61,828 nt of DNA from Chara braunii (Eukaryota; Plantae; Charophyceae): assembly GCA_003427395.1 (NCBI GenBank), contig BFEA01000004.1:3459160-3520987 (forward strand), in the 5' to 3' direction. Shown one piece after another: positions 50,049 to 61,828 of this stretch (within the stretch, counting starts at the first letter, position 1; each line of letters begins with the position of its first letter). The notes beneath the pieces were generated by a model that made no database searches, was not told the origin of the DNA, and saw only the letters and a program-made list of their open reading frames with translations. The translations under genes were made by a program, and so were the position numbers.

Positions 50049-53000
50049 CCTGTCGAGCGCATCAGCCCCAGCCTTTTTGCAAAGCAGGGGAGCCCTCCCG
50101 GCTTTGTCACACAGGAGTTAAAACAAAAACAAAACCAGAGACAACTTAGGACGATGCATAAATAATCCCGCGAACCGCCGTAACGAACTCGGTTGCATTG
50201 CCCCTTCGCCGCTCTAACCGATTGTGCCAGCTGTACATCCTACGGTTCCCTACGACATGATAGGTTTTTGCGGAGCACATCTTGCCTTCTCTAAGAGGTT
50301 GTCCCTCAGGGGCGTATCCCTACCGAGCTACTGACCCACATGTGAAAGTTTTTACATGTAATTGCAGAGGTAGGTCAGCCAAGGGTGTTTGCTTGCTCAT
50401 TGGAGTATAGGTACGCTTGGTTAACGCCAAGTGGACCCGAACGTTGTTCGTCCCCTAAGGCGCTGATCTCCTCGGTACAAACGAACGTCGGTCGACTAGG
50501 ATGGTCTCAACCAAACGTGAAACCCATAATATAATCCTAGTCCCTTTATAATTCTCGGAACACAAAATAAATCATAACACTCTTATCAAATCGCACAAGA
50601 TAGGATATTGACTTGATGAGATGATCTGCTAAAGTTATTATTTCCGACCTATTTGACTGAAGATACTATTATTCCATCACTTTTAAGGCGGAGGCTCGAT
50701 ATTGACGGAAAATTAGGAAGGACAACCTAACCTTTAACTTACGGTTGGGTCTGTCGACACCTATTAAACTCTGTCAGGAGTGACTTCTGCAAGTAAATTT
50801 CACTTCTACCATGCAGATCAACAAGTGATCTGGTTTCTGACCGAAGTTTGAACTTTCGGTTCGACCACACCTCTGTACCATATGCAACTTGATTGGAGGA
50901 AAGTATTATTTAACGAATAATTTATTTTTTTTTCGCTTTGTCCTCCTGGACAATAATTACTCTTCCCGTTCTTTGAATGATGAAATATTCACCTTTATCA
51001 TTAGGATATCAAAAACAAACCCACAGTCGTTTCTCTGTGCGAAGAGAACCATCACCTACTTCTTCTTGTGGGTTGGAGTTTCTTCTGTCCCCGGCACACA
51101 CCCATCCCTCTAGGAAGTGGTCTTGTGGATACTCCTTCCCCTCGCCTAAGCTCGAAGACTCGGATCTCAGAGGTTGGGCCGTCACCACCGAGTCGGCAAC
51201 GCACTACCCCCGACGAATCAGGTCAACTCCAAATCGATAACAGGGTTGGCTCCAAAAGCATACAAACCCCCGCCTTAGATGCTTCCTAAAGAGAAAAACT
51301 GTGTTCGTCACGAGTAGGTTTCTTTTATTCTCATTACTCATAAGTTTTTGACAACTTAGATGAAAAAGAAACTGAAGAAGATAGACAACGAGAATCATTT
51401 GGATAGGTATAGGTAGATAAGGTCGTTTGAGATAGAAAAAGTCAATCATGGGGAGAAAGCTAAATTTGTTTCACCTTACCTGCTTTATTTCAATTGAATT
51501 CATTTTGTAGTGCACACAGAATTGAAGTTTTTCAAAAACATCGAATCATTTTTGGCATGCAGGCGGGTGAGAAGTAAAAAAAAAATAATTTTTTTCTCTT
51601 TTCTCAAATAGGTATAATCAATCTCCTTCGCAAACATCCTTCTACCAACCTGCACACCAAGCCACGCAACAAGTTTGGGAAAACCAGGCAAAATTCATAC
51701 CCAAAGTCAGACATTTTCATTCATATGCACGACTTGTACAACTTTCCTCTACCTTTTCTTTCAAGCGTTCAAAAGAACAGGGTCAAGCAAAGTTTGGGTT
51801 CACACAGGTGTGAAGGAGAAATCTGAGTCAATGAACTGACCAACCTTGAGTGAAGTTCAATTCGGCTCACTCAAGAACGACGAATAATATTTTAATCAGA
51901 GTAAAGGATATTCGTCGTTGAAATTAACAATATGCAGCCCACAACACCACAATTTGTGGTCGTTCCACTGAACAACGGTCCGCGTCCTTCTCCAAGTGTC
52001 CAATTTACAGCGTCTCAATGCCGTCGTTACTCGCCTCCAATGTCACTGTGTCACTGCGGCGCCACGCTCACGCCACTTCAAAACGCACGACCACTTCAGC
52101 GGCACCTTCCCTGCGTCAATGCCCAACCACCGCTTTATGTCGTCAGTGCAAAAGTACTGTTGCCACCGCCGTGAAAAACCAGCAGTGCTTCTGCACCACT
52201 GCCGTTAAAACCAGCGCCGCCGCCGCAGAAATTCGGCAGCGTTTCCGCATCGCTACAAAAAAATCACAACTGTCACCGAAAAAAATCCGGCAGCGCTCCA
52301 GCGTCACTGCTAAAAATCACAGTTGCCGCTAAAAACAATTCGGTTGCACTCCCGCAGTACGTCAACAAAAATTGTCGTTGTCGCAAAACCGCACAGCATC
52401 TCCCAGCATTTCTCCAATTATGGCTGCCATGAGCAGTATAACCTGTACACCTTACAGAAAAATGGTTGTCGATGCCACGTTCAACGAATAGCACCTTCCT
52501 ACCAACTCTCCAACTATGGCTACCATCGTCGTGATGGTAGCGCAACACCTCCCCGACACTTCACAAAAAGAAGTGGCTATGGCTGCCTCCAACTTCAATC
52601 CTCCTGTAGATCTTCACTCTCCACCTCTCTTTACTCTACACTTCAATGAGCAGCTTCTTCCCAAGCAGCCAGCACTCACCCAAGTGGAATGCGAACAGCA
52701 TTAGCCACGAATAAATGTTGGTTGGCTGGTTGCTGACTGCTTTTATAGCAAGCCGAGGGCTGAGGGCAGCAGCCTTGCCCCGAGCCAAAAACTCGGATCA
52801 GGGTCTGGCCTTTTATCTCATACGAGATCAAGGGCTGGAAATCGTAATGTTCCTCTAGGGGAAGCAAGTTCCAGGCCCTGGTAATGCATCTGGCCTTCAC
52901 CCGCGGTCAGACGCAGTCAAAAATGGCAGTATTAAGCCATTGTAAGACTGCATGTTCAACTGAACAGGCACAGTCCCATCAACCCCTATAACCTTCTAGA

Positions 53001-53227
53001 GGCTGCATCTGTTCCACAACCGCGACCATATTCGCGGCCGTTCCCTCTTTCTTTCCTTACCTCTTTTTTTTTTTTTCCCCCTGTATCTATCCTGAACGCG
53101 CGGCCACATACGTGGCTGTTGCTTCTTCCCCTTCTTCCCATTTCTTCACTTTTTTTTTTTCCCCTACCCCTTCGTTTCCCTGGGCAGGGGGCAGCTCATT
53201 TTTACGAAAGAGCAGCCTCCCCCACAC

Positions 53228-53481
53228 AGTCGTTTCACTGAGTCGAACTACAGTCAAGCTCACGCAGGGTCTTCTTTCCCCTGCCCGCGGCCCCGTACCT
53301 GGCGCAGGGAGGGTGCCAGGTTTAGGCTCCCTCCTTGAGTGGAGGAGCCGACATCGAAGGATAAAAAAACAACGCCGCTATGAACGCTTGGCTGCCATGG
53401 TTAGTTATCCGCTGGATAACTTACCTGTTACCCCTAGCTTCAAGTCCTGAAACGCTAAAGGATCGATTGGCTAAGCTCTCA
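53228..53481 (-). other. Two 25S rRNA-derived fragments in 5' LTR (53228-53281, 53341-53481)
   Basis: ggaggagccgacatcgaaggat..aaaaacaacgccgctatgaacgcttggctgcca...ctaaaggatcgattggc and agtcaagctca..cagggtcttctttcccc. Confidence 0.85.
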
Positions 53482-53764
53482 TAGACTGGCCATTTTTACG
53501 AATCTGTTGCCAGATCGTGGAAAAATACCTGGCCACTCGAGTTTTCATCTCCCTAGCTGCTGCACGAACGGGCCGCCCTCCAAACACAGGCAAGCAAAAA
53601 AAAAAAAAAAAAAAAAACAATAAAGAAGAAAAAAAGAAAAAAATCTAAAAACGAATCTTTCTGCAATGGATCGGTTGCCCGTTAGAAATGGGCGCCTGCT
53701 ATTGCTCGTGGGAACTCTTAACTCCCAACAAGTTCTCTTAGTGCTTTATTTTAGGTTATATATA

Positions 53765-53798
<34 letters not shown>

Positions 53799-54014
53799 GC
53801 CCCTTTCGTCGTAACGAGCGGACACTCCAGCGGCTCGTGAAAACGACTAGGGGCATCTTAAAGAAAATTGTAAAACAAAATCTTTAAAAAAATAATCTTA
53901 AAGAAAACAAAAGAAAAACTTACCTTTATTTTGTTGGCTCATGCCAACAGTTGCCTCCCACGATCTGCAGAGATGTAGATATGAGTTCGAGTCTTAATGG
54001 GTTCGTACAGGTTC

Positions 54015-54066
54015 GGACCATTTTTCTGAGTTATGCGTGTCATCCTTGAGAGCGCAGAGCCATGCT
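54015..54066 (-). pseudogene. U6: U6 3'-half fragment inside 5' LTR of A
   Basis: ggaccatttttctgagttatgcgtgtcatccttgagagcgcagagccatgct vs U6 reverse complement ggaccatttctcgatttatgcgtgtcatccttgcgcaggggccatgct. Confidence 0.75.
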
Positions 54067-54923
54067 CCGCGCGGCTGATCTCATCCGCGTGATCCTGAGA
54101 TCGCACGACCAGGATCGGCCGCGTCACCAAGCACCAGCTTCAAAAGGAGCTAGCCCGGTAGTAGCAGTTCTTGGATTCGATCCTCCTGGTGTTCGGTGGG
54201 TGAGATTCCTGCACTGTAACCTACTGGGCGAGCTCCTATCACAAAAGCTATGCCTGATAGTAGCAGTTCTCGGATTCGATTCCGATGTCCGCCGGGTGAG
54301 ATTCCTGCGCTGTAACCTACTGGGCTAGCTCCTATCACACGAGTTATTTTTGCAACCCTTCCATATGAAAGGTTAGGACCCAGTTGGTCGTCACTCTCAG
54401 GTCTAAGCAGGCTTAGCCCTGCCTTACCTTTTCACAGCGGACACCTCGTCATCTTACTGGCTGGGGTTGAGCCCAATAGGCCCGATAAGCCACCTTCAGC
54501 CAAGAGTCCGACATCGGGCCCCGCCAAGGAGTCAAATCCTGTGGCCCAAAAAGAAAATAGGCTTCCTATTCCCATCGCGCCACGACCCCATACCTGACGC
54601 GATTGTTCTTGTTTGCCCACTTAGGCTCTGAATCGCGCGACTGCTATTTTAGGTAGGATAAGTTTGATTTTGACCTTCCCATGTTTGCACGCCTCTGAGG
54701 CTTCGACTAAACGAAGCATTGCCATTAAATCCGTTACTCCGGACGCTACACGTGTCCTGACTAAAGTCCGAAAACTTTTAGTTTTTTCGTCATAGGTTAG
54801 ATCTAAATAAACTTTTGTCAAACGTCAATCTCATCAAGTCATTCAATTCAATGAAAAAGGTCGGACAACGTCCGACAGCGAAAAACACGGGCAGATACCA
54901 TTGTTAGGGTTTTTGCCCCTACA

Positions 54924-56500
54924 TCGTAATCTATAAATATAATGGTCGAGTTGTGCTTAGATTGATGAGAGAGTCTGACTAACTCATTTACCAGAAGAAT
55001 ATTGTCTTTGATATTCCTTCCTTGGATAAAACATGTTTGGGAGGGGTGCATTATGTCGGCTATGCATTTATTTAAGCGATTCGTTAGGACTTTTTAGATG
55101 AGTTTGTACACTACAATGAGGAGTGTGATGGGCCGATAGTTACGGACATTGCATTTGTCACCCTTTTTATAGAGCAGTGTCAGTATACCTTGCCCCACAA
55201 ACTCTCCCATTTGTCCAGTCACCCAAAGAACTTGATAAAAGTTCATCAAGTCTTGAGAGATGAAGTCCCAAAGATATTTTAAAATTCCTTAGCAGTCCAT
55301 CAATGCCTGGGGTGTTTTCCTCCTCCATGAGCATTAGGGCAATCCATACTTCTTCTTTTGTTAAGTAACTTCAATTGATCTTTTTGGAAGGCAAAGAGGG
55401 ACTTGGACATAGGTTTCAAAAAATCATCTATTTTCATATTACGATGGTTCAGAGGGATGTAACTAGTTTCTGATAAGAAGAGGTTCTTGAATAAATCTCT
55501 GGCAATCTTGGTACATTCAGCCGTAAAGGTGGCCGACTCATTAATTTGATGTTGGGGATAAGCCAGAGCCTCAATGATCGTCCTCCTCACTCGGACTCTG
55601 GCCATGGCAAAGAATCTCGCATCCATTCCCTCTTCGGTGATAAACTTTCGAAGCTTACCTTTAATCCGGACGCCATTCCAACGATATTTCATTTGTGAGA
55701 GTAATTGGTTTTCTCGTTCTTGAATTTCTTAAGCTACCAGTTCATTATTTTCCTCGTTCTCATTGTCACTTTCCTGGGATTGTAATTGTTGGATGCGCTG
55801 ATAAATCCTTGCTTTATTGGAATGACGTTCGGCTGCCAATAGTTTTGAATATTCTTTGCATTTACGGCCTAGGAAAGCTAGACCGTTGTTAAACCACATA
55901 ATATCATCCTGGATAATGGTTTTCTACTTTCTCCAGAAAGATCAGACATCCTTTAGGTAGGCTCTGAATCTTTCCATTTTAAGGTGAGATGTGTTTAATT
56001 TGTAGTAGCCCTTACCTTGGTTTGTTTTTTTCTTAAAGGAAAGAATAACCACACACATAGTGTGATCAAGTCCTAACAGGGGGCTTCTAGGAAATGCTTC
56101 AGCAACTTGAAGAGAACCTTCCAATTCGTCAGAGAGGAGGATTAGGTCGACGCGTGACTTAGTGACCATCCTGTCCTGATTTTTTCTAAAGAATGAGAAG
56201 GTACATTGGGTAGGGTTCAGTCTTCTGAATGAGTCAAACGTGTGAAATGATTGAGTTTGATTAACAATCATTACTTCATTAGCCTCCACATAGGTCGGGC
56301 AGGGGTAGGAATACGTCAGCGATCCAGGGATCGATCTGGACCAACGTTAAAATCTTCTGCTATGATCACAGGGATGCCAACTGGAAGTTTGAGAATAAGA
56401 GATTCAAAGAACCGTTGACGATTACCTACCTCATTTGGTCCATAGACACATAAGATAATTACAATTTCTAGCTCCAGCATTGTCAGTATCCCAACCACAT
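54924..56500 (-). pseudogene. L1/Tx1-like LINE ORF2, 5' part (APE endonuclease and RT N-terminus)
   Basis: LCVYGPN...IIAEDFN; DSFRRLNP...SRVDLIL...LDH; GKGYYKLN; HPSQTCFIQGRNIKDNIL...IFIDY. Confidence 0.85.
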
Positions 56501-56897
56501 TGCGCAGAATTCAGCACGTCGCATACAGATTCGGAGCTTCGGCGCTCCGCCCGAGTGCGCCAACTATACCTCTCATGATTCCCTACGAAAGGATAGGGTT
56601 CCTCCAGGTATAACTTACCGCCACTCGCGGGAGCTGTGCCCACAATCCTTGGGTGGGCATATCCCCGCTGAGCTACCAAATCACAACACGAATGTTTTTA
56701 CATGCAATAGGAGAGGTGGACAAGTCGAGGGTGTTTTCTCGTACAATGTAGTACAGGAGTTATGCATGGTCACGCTTGATTGAGCCTGCACATAAACCGA
56801 CGTTTGGGGCGCTGAACTCCCAAGTGCGGCTCTACATCGGTCGACTAGGACATCGCAACAACCGCGCATTTCACTCTTTCTCAAACATAATTTTTAA

Positions 56898-57000
56898 GCC
56901 TAGTCCCTTCGCAAATATTCCAACCTAGTCCCTTCACAAATATTCCAACCTAGTCCCTTCATAAATATTCCAACCTAGTCCCTTCACAAATATTCCAACC
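56898..57000. repeat. 25-bp tandem x4
   Basis: cctagtcccttc(g/a)(c/t)aaatattccaa. Confidence 0.9.
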
Positions 57001-57623
57001 CATCAGGGTGTGGCCCACACAAAATGTGTAATACAAACATGCGCATGAAGAAGGCTACATCATTCAACCATGTGTACTCACATGTTTGACCATAGTGGCG
57101 ATGCTTCTTGCGTTACCCACAAGCGCGCGACCTTTCGGTTTCAGGGTTGTGTATGACACTCAAGTATCGAACACACAATGTCATGACGGAAGTCCCCTTC
57201 ACGAAACATAACGGTTGAAGGACAAGTCGTTCAACCCTCGTGGCATCTATGACCTTTAGGCAGAGTGCGTTGATTCAAGGCGTAAGTGTATAACAAATAA
57301 GGGGAACCCATTTGTGTTGGACAAGAACCTAGAATGTCTTATACAAGTACATCGAATTGCAGGTTCAGGATCAACGTCTGGCTTGACAAACAAACAAGCA
57401 AGATTCTAGCATTCCCCTCACGGTCCAAGATAGATATAGACGAAAGGGGTGCAAAAAGATAGAGAATAAATTAGGTGATAGGATCGTGTACCATCAAGTT
57501 GTCCTTCTCACAGTCCCCACATGTAGCTCTTTCATTGCACTTGACAAGGATCCAACCAAAATACATTGGAGATCAGATCAAACTTTTAACAACTAACCTG
57601 CATAAAACATACACACATGCAAA

Positions 57624-58374
57624 CAGGGTTGTCAGGCCGAACGTACGGAGGCCCCTAAGCTGACCCCCAAACGTTCGGGCGTTCGGGTCCCCATACGGGG
57701 CCCGAACTTGAAGGGGTTCGGACCTCGCAAAAAAATATTTTGGCACCTAGATATTATTATTTTGTTCTGATTTTTTTGTGTTTGAGTTCTTTGTGATGTA
57801 AGATATCTCCCTCTTAATTTTGAAGCCATTCTGTCGAGCCAAAAAAAAAAATGAAAAATCCTCAAAGATGGTGGTGTCAAAACTTGTTTGCCCACTCACT
57901 AATTTGTTTTTCTTTTCTTTTCACTTTTTATTTTTTCCTTATTTCGGGGCATGAAAAAATATATATTTTTTTTTAGCTTTATTTGTAGATTCTGTATTAT
58001 GTAAGATATACATATATAAATTTTCATGGAATTTTTCACAGCCGAAAAAAAAATAAAAATCGCCAAAGATGGCGGTGTCAAAAACGTGCTCGCCCACTCA
58101 ATAATTTCATTCTCGTTTTATTTTTTCTAATTTTTATTATTATTATTTATTTTTAGTATTTGATTTTTATTTCAAATTTGGGAAAAAAATTGGATGTAAC
58201 GTTGAGGCAAATGTTCTTTAGTTTATTCTTCTGCGTAAGATATATTTTTTTTCAGATGTTTTGGATTTTTTTTTTTTGTCCGCGGCCAAACGGCCAAACG
58301 AGTCGAGAGGGTGTGCCGAATATTCGGGCGTTCGGGTTCAAGCGTTCGGCCCGTCTCGAACGCCGGCAACCCTG
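57624..58374. mobile_element. hAT-like non-autonomous element
   Basis: TIR cagggttgtc...ggcaaccctg; 8-bp TSD catgcaaa/catgcaga. Confidence 0.85.
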
Positions 58375-59445
58375 CATGCAGACGAAACCATATTGCAATA
58401 CCTTGGACGGGGTTAACCTAACATTTATTTGTATCTCAAGTCCCCTTAACTCACACCAAAGTCCCAACCATTATCTGACTCTCAAATGATAGTCGATCCT
58501 TTTGAATGAGCCTTTAAAAGAAATGGGGTAAAATATCAGGGATGCCTTCAAACCCACAGGGCTAAGTTTTAGGTTTGAGATACAGAAGTAGATAGAGGTC
58601 GAGTCGCAAATTGACCCACTATCAATCGATAACAAAAGTTGATGAAACTCAATTTGTCTGAAAGTACTCCTAGGTAGCGGTATTCGGTGTCATAAAATCA
58701 AGCATGTGTCACTTGTCGAGTTAATGAAGATCTACGTATCGCATTCTGAAATACTTAACGATGATGCCCAGTAACAATATGAAAATAATAAAATTTTGGC
58801 AGCACTTCTCCTTAGGAAGTGTGTTCGGATAATGTTTACTAGGTCAAATCTAAAGAGAAAAACTTATAACTCAAAGGTCATATAAAAATAAACTAATTTT
58901 TTGGTTTTAGCAAAAATTTCGGCAGCACTTCCCTTAGTAAAGGAGACCGATAAAATTTCTACTGACTCCAAAAATTATACTAACTCTAACCCTAAAAACT
59001 TCCCAATATTATTTTTTTCTTACTAACTCTGCATCTCTAACAGAAATTTCATTAGCATCTCCCCTAGGGAAGAAAACTCCCATAATTTCTATTAACTTAG
59101 AAGTTAGCCAAAATCTGATCAAAGCAAGCATGCACGAAAAGACAATGCGATGAATACCTACCTATTGCTCAAGCACAAGCCGAGCGCTGCTAGACTAAGC
59201 TATCAGATGACAAGTATGTGAGAAAAAAGAGAGGATTCACAAACAAAAATATAATTAAGTGCACAAAGAAAAGGTATATTGATTAAAATTCATCTCTGCC
59301 TTAACATGTGCAAACCTTTCCCCTATGAGGTAAGTCTGACTTTTATCAACAAGCAAACTGATTGACTTAGCAAAGCACCTGGACGAGTCAATATGATATC
59401 ATTTTCGAGCTTATTCAAACCATTTCAAGCAAATAACAACAGAGT

Positions 59446-59830
59446 GTCTGGATCTGTCGATACAACATCACGCCTAGACCCATTTAATCAATTCACGTAA
59501 ATAAGAGCGAAGCGTCCGAATTAGTCGACGCGACATCACATCCAGACTCATTCAACCTCTTAGAAAAACGTCAACAAAGTGTTCGGATTAGTCGACGCGA
59601 CATGACATTCAAACTCATTCAAGTCTGTCACGCAAACATCAAGAAAGTATTCGGATCAGTCGATGCGACATGACATCCAGACCCATTCAGACTTCTTAGA
59701 CAAATGTAAAAAAACCGTCTGAATCGGTCGATGCGACATCGCATCTAGACCCATTCAAAATCATCGTAGACAATCGAAAGCAAAGCGTCCGGATCAGTCG
59801 ATACGGCGTCATGCCCAGACCCATTCAAAT
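59446..59830. repeat. 6 x ~68-bp hairpin repeat array in element C
   Basis: gtc(t/c)ggat(c/t)agtcga(t/c)gcgacat(c/g)acatccagac(c/t)cattcaa at 59446, 59514, 59581, 59649, 59717 and 59787, with variable linkers. Confidence 0.85.
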
Positions 59831-60640
59831 CATCCCAAGCAGGAATCGTGGATTCCATTTCAAGCAACTGAAATTTAAAGAGCATGGTAAATTCCCTCTG
59901 ATTCAGTTATAGTTACGAATTGAAGTCAAGGAGATATACAAAAAATCAAAACTCAATCAAACTGAATGAAGGGTGTTATAGATAGGGTTATACGGGATCC
60001 TAAAGGAAATCGCGTCGGCCTACCTCCAAGTTCCTCCCTCCAGGGTCTCGCATGAACCCCGACAGAGCTCCCGCAATTGCGTGGGTTAACCCCCACAACA
60101 GACCTTGATGCGATTCCGTGGGTTGCAATCCCACCTGCCGCCTCCTTTTCCTGAATATTTAGACTAGACTGAGGATAAGAAGGGTAGAGAAAGGGGTATG
60201 AGTCTCTCAAGATACAAGTAGGGGGTCACTTAGACTCACTTGGAAAAGCCCTTGTTGCCTTCCGATCCTAAAAGCTCCTCAATGGTGGCGAAATTGTTGA
60301 GCTCGAAGTAAACGGATGGCAGGTGCCGCCACAGTCTTAGGACTCCAACAATAGTGACAATCCCCAACTCTCAACAGTACCTGTAGTTCCGGCCTATTTG
60401 CAGCCTCCGCAGTGCAGAGATCGATCAACCGTAGCAAAGGACAAAAAACAGTAGTCCACAATGCCACAACGACAACAACAACAACCTCTAAGTAATGGCA
60501 ACTGTCTGATGAAAAGACTATCAACTGCAAGGTTAGTGAAGCAAGGTTACCAACCCAAGTGACCAGGGTTGTCAAAATAGTCCACAACCACTCGCCCGAC
60601 TGACCTACATATATATGTACATATATATACATATATATAT

Positions 60641-61828
60641 AAGGTTACTGGCGTTCGAGACGGGCCAAACGCCTGAACCCGAAGACTCGAACGTGCGGGA
60701 CCTCTTCGCGAGGCATTTAGTCGTTTGGGCTAAATGTAGGAGAAAAAAAAAACTGAAAAAAACTATTTTATGAAAAAAATAAAATACAAAATATTTATCA
60801 GAGCATTACATCCAAATTCCTTACCAACTACGAAATAAAAATAAAATATGAAAAATAAGTACTAATAATAAAAATAAATAAATAAATAAAAAGAGAAATT
60901 AAAATTAGTGAGTGTGCGAGCACGTTTTCGACACCACCATCCTTGGCGATTTTTTATTTTTGTTTGGCATATCCAAATGCCACGAAAATTTTTAGATGTG
61001 AACTTCATATAATACAAAATACATTAAAAACATTTCAAAAAATCATAATTGTTTTTCGGCCTCGAAATAAAGTAAAAACAAAAAAGTGCAAAAAAACAAA
61101 ATAGTGAATGGGCGAGCACGTTTTGACACCGCCATCTTTGATGATTTTTTACTTTTTTTTGGCTTAGCAAAACGACTTCAACATTTATAGGCATGTAAAT
61201 CACATAATAGAGAACGAATAATTGTTTTTTATAGAAAAAAAACATTATTTTTAGGCCTTTAAATAATTTTGGGCGGGGGTCGAACGCCTTCAGGTTCGGA
61301 CCCCGAACGGGACCCCGAACGCCCATGTGTACGGAGGTTGGCCCTGGACCTCTGTACGTACGGCCTGGTGGCCATATATATATGTATATATGTACATATG
61401 CAGGGTCACCAGCCCGTACATACGGAGGTCCTCGGGCCGACCTCCGTACATACGGAGGTCCTCGGACCGACCTCCGTACGTACGGGCGTTCGGGGTCCCG
61501 TACGGGGTCCGAACCCGATGGCATTCGGCCCCCACCAAAACGTTTTTTGGGGTCTAATTTTTTTTTTTTTTCTGAAGTTTTTTTGTGAGTTCTCTATCAC
61601 GTGAGGTACATGTTTCTAAATTTTGACATCATTTGGCTCAGCCAAATAAGAATTACAAATCGCCAAAGATGGCGGTGTCAAAACGTGCTCGCCCACATGT
61701 TTTTTCACTTTGTACTTTTTTTCTTCACTTTAGTTCGGGGTCTAAGCAATTTTATTATTTTCAGTGCATATTTATGTGAACGGTCGAACGCATCCCTAAA
61801 GGGTCCCATACGTTCGGTCTAAACAATT
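60641..61828 (-). mobile_element. Inverted, internally rearranged relative of the hAT-like family; truncated by the window end
   Basis: Reverse complement of the 58320-58374 end at 60641; shared caaagatggcggtgtcaaaacgtgctcgccca blocks in both orientations. Confidence 0.7.

Larger units (their letters stand above)
35756..54923 (-). mobile_element. Element A: non-autonomous Ty3/gypsy-like LTR retrotransposon with ~4.9-kb LTRs (LARD-like) and nested insertions
   Basis: TG...CA ends; TCGT TSD (35752-35755 and 54924-54927); removing it restores the LINE RT frame IFIDYEKTYD; paired LTRs; PBS; gag remnant; no pol. Confidence 0.9.
50051..54923 (-). repeat. 5' LTR of element A (4873 bp)
   Basis: TG...CA ends, followed by the PBS on the minus strand. 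Confidence 0.9.
56501..61828 (-). mobile_element. Element C: LTR-like insertion related to B; interrupts the LINE endonuclease; far boundary not resolved
   Basis: Starts with TG where LINE homology stops. Shares the ~300-nt block, the 120-bp repeats and the 59980-60200 block with B. Confidence 0.65.

Noticed and set aside
50160-50205. aatcccgcgaacc resembling 5.8S rRNA; agccaaaaactgaga (about 36951) resembling antisense U2
   Set aside because: Matches of about 13 nt are too short to support without a search.
59446-59830. CRISPR-like repeat-spacer appearance (also 40572-41298)
   Set aside because: Eukaryotic retroelement context, degenerate repeats, partly related linkers and no cas genes.

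Overview
Repeat-rich eukaryotic draft scaffold with N gaps and microsatellites. It looks like a green-plant lineage; the U6, 25S rRNA and tRNA-Asp matches are streptophyte-like, and the Harbinger and gag remnants recall Chara-type sequence (inference only). One host gene is recognisable: a zf-DNL/Zim17 mitochondrial Hsp70 escort protein, last exon about 9235-9848 (+). The left half holds MITEs (a ~111-bp TA-flanked hairpin family, PIF/Harbinger MITEs and an internally deleted PIF/Harbinger element), hAT-like elements, four of the five U6 snRNA-derived sequences, and a ~120-145-bp repeat carrying a canonical type III hammerhead ribozyme. The right half is a nested stack. A decayed L1-like LINE (minus strand) is split inside its RT motif IFIDYEKTYD by a 19.2-kb non-autonomous gypsy-like LTR element (A: TG...CA, TSD TCGT, tRNA-Asp PBS, gag remnant, no pol). 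Two related giant LTR-like sequences (B, C) and hAT elements are also inserted. The most unusual features are the RNA-like cargo of these LTRs: order-permuted 25S rRNA peptidyl-transferase-region fragments and a U6 fragment in LTR A; a ~300-nt covarying structured element shared by A, B and C; and syntenic hairpin arrays in B and C, where B shows variable stems under a near-invariant 20-nt loop. All calls are by eye; no database searches were run.
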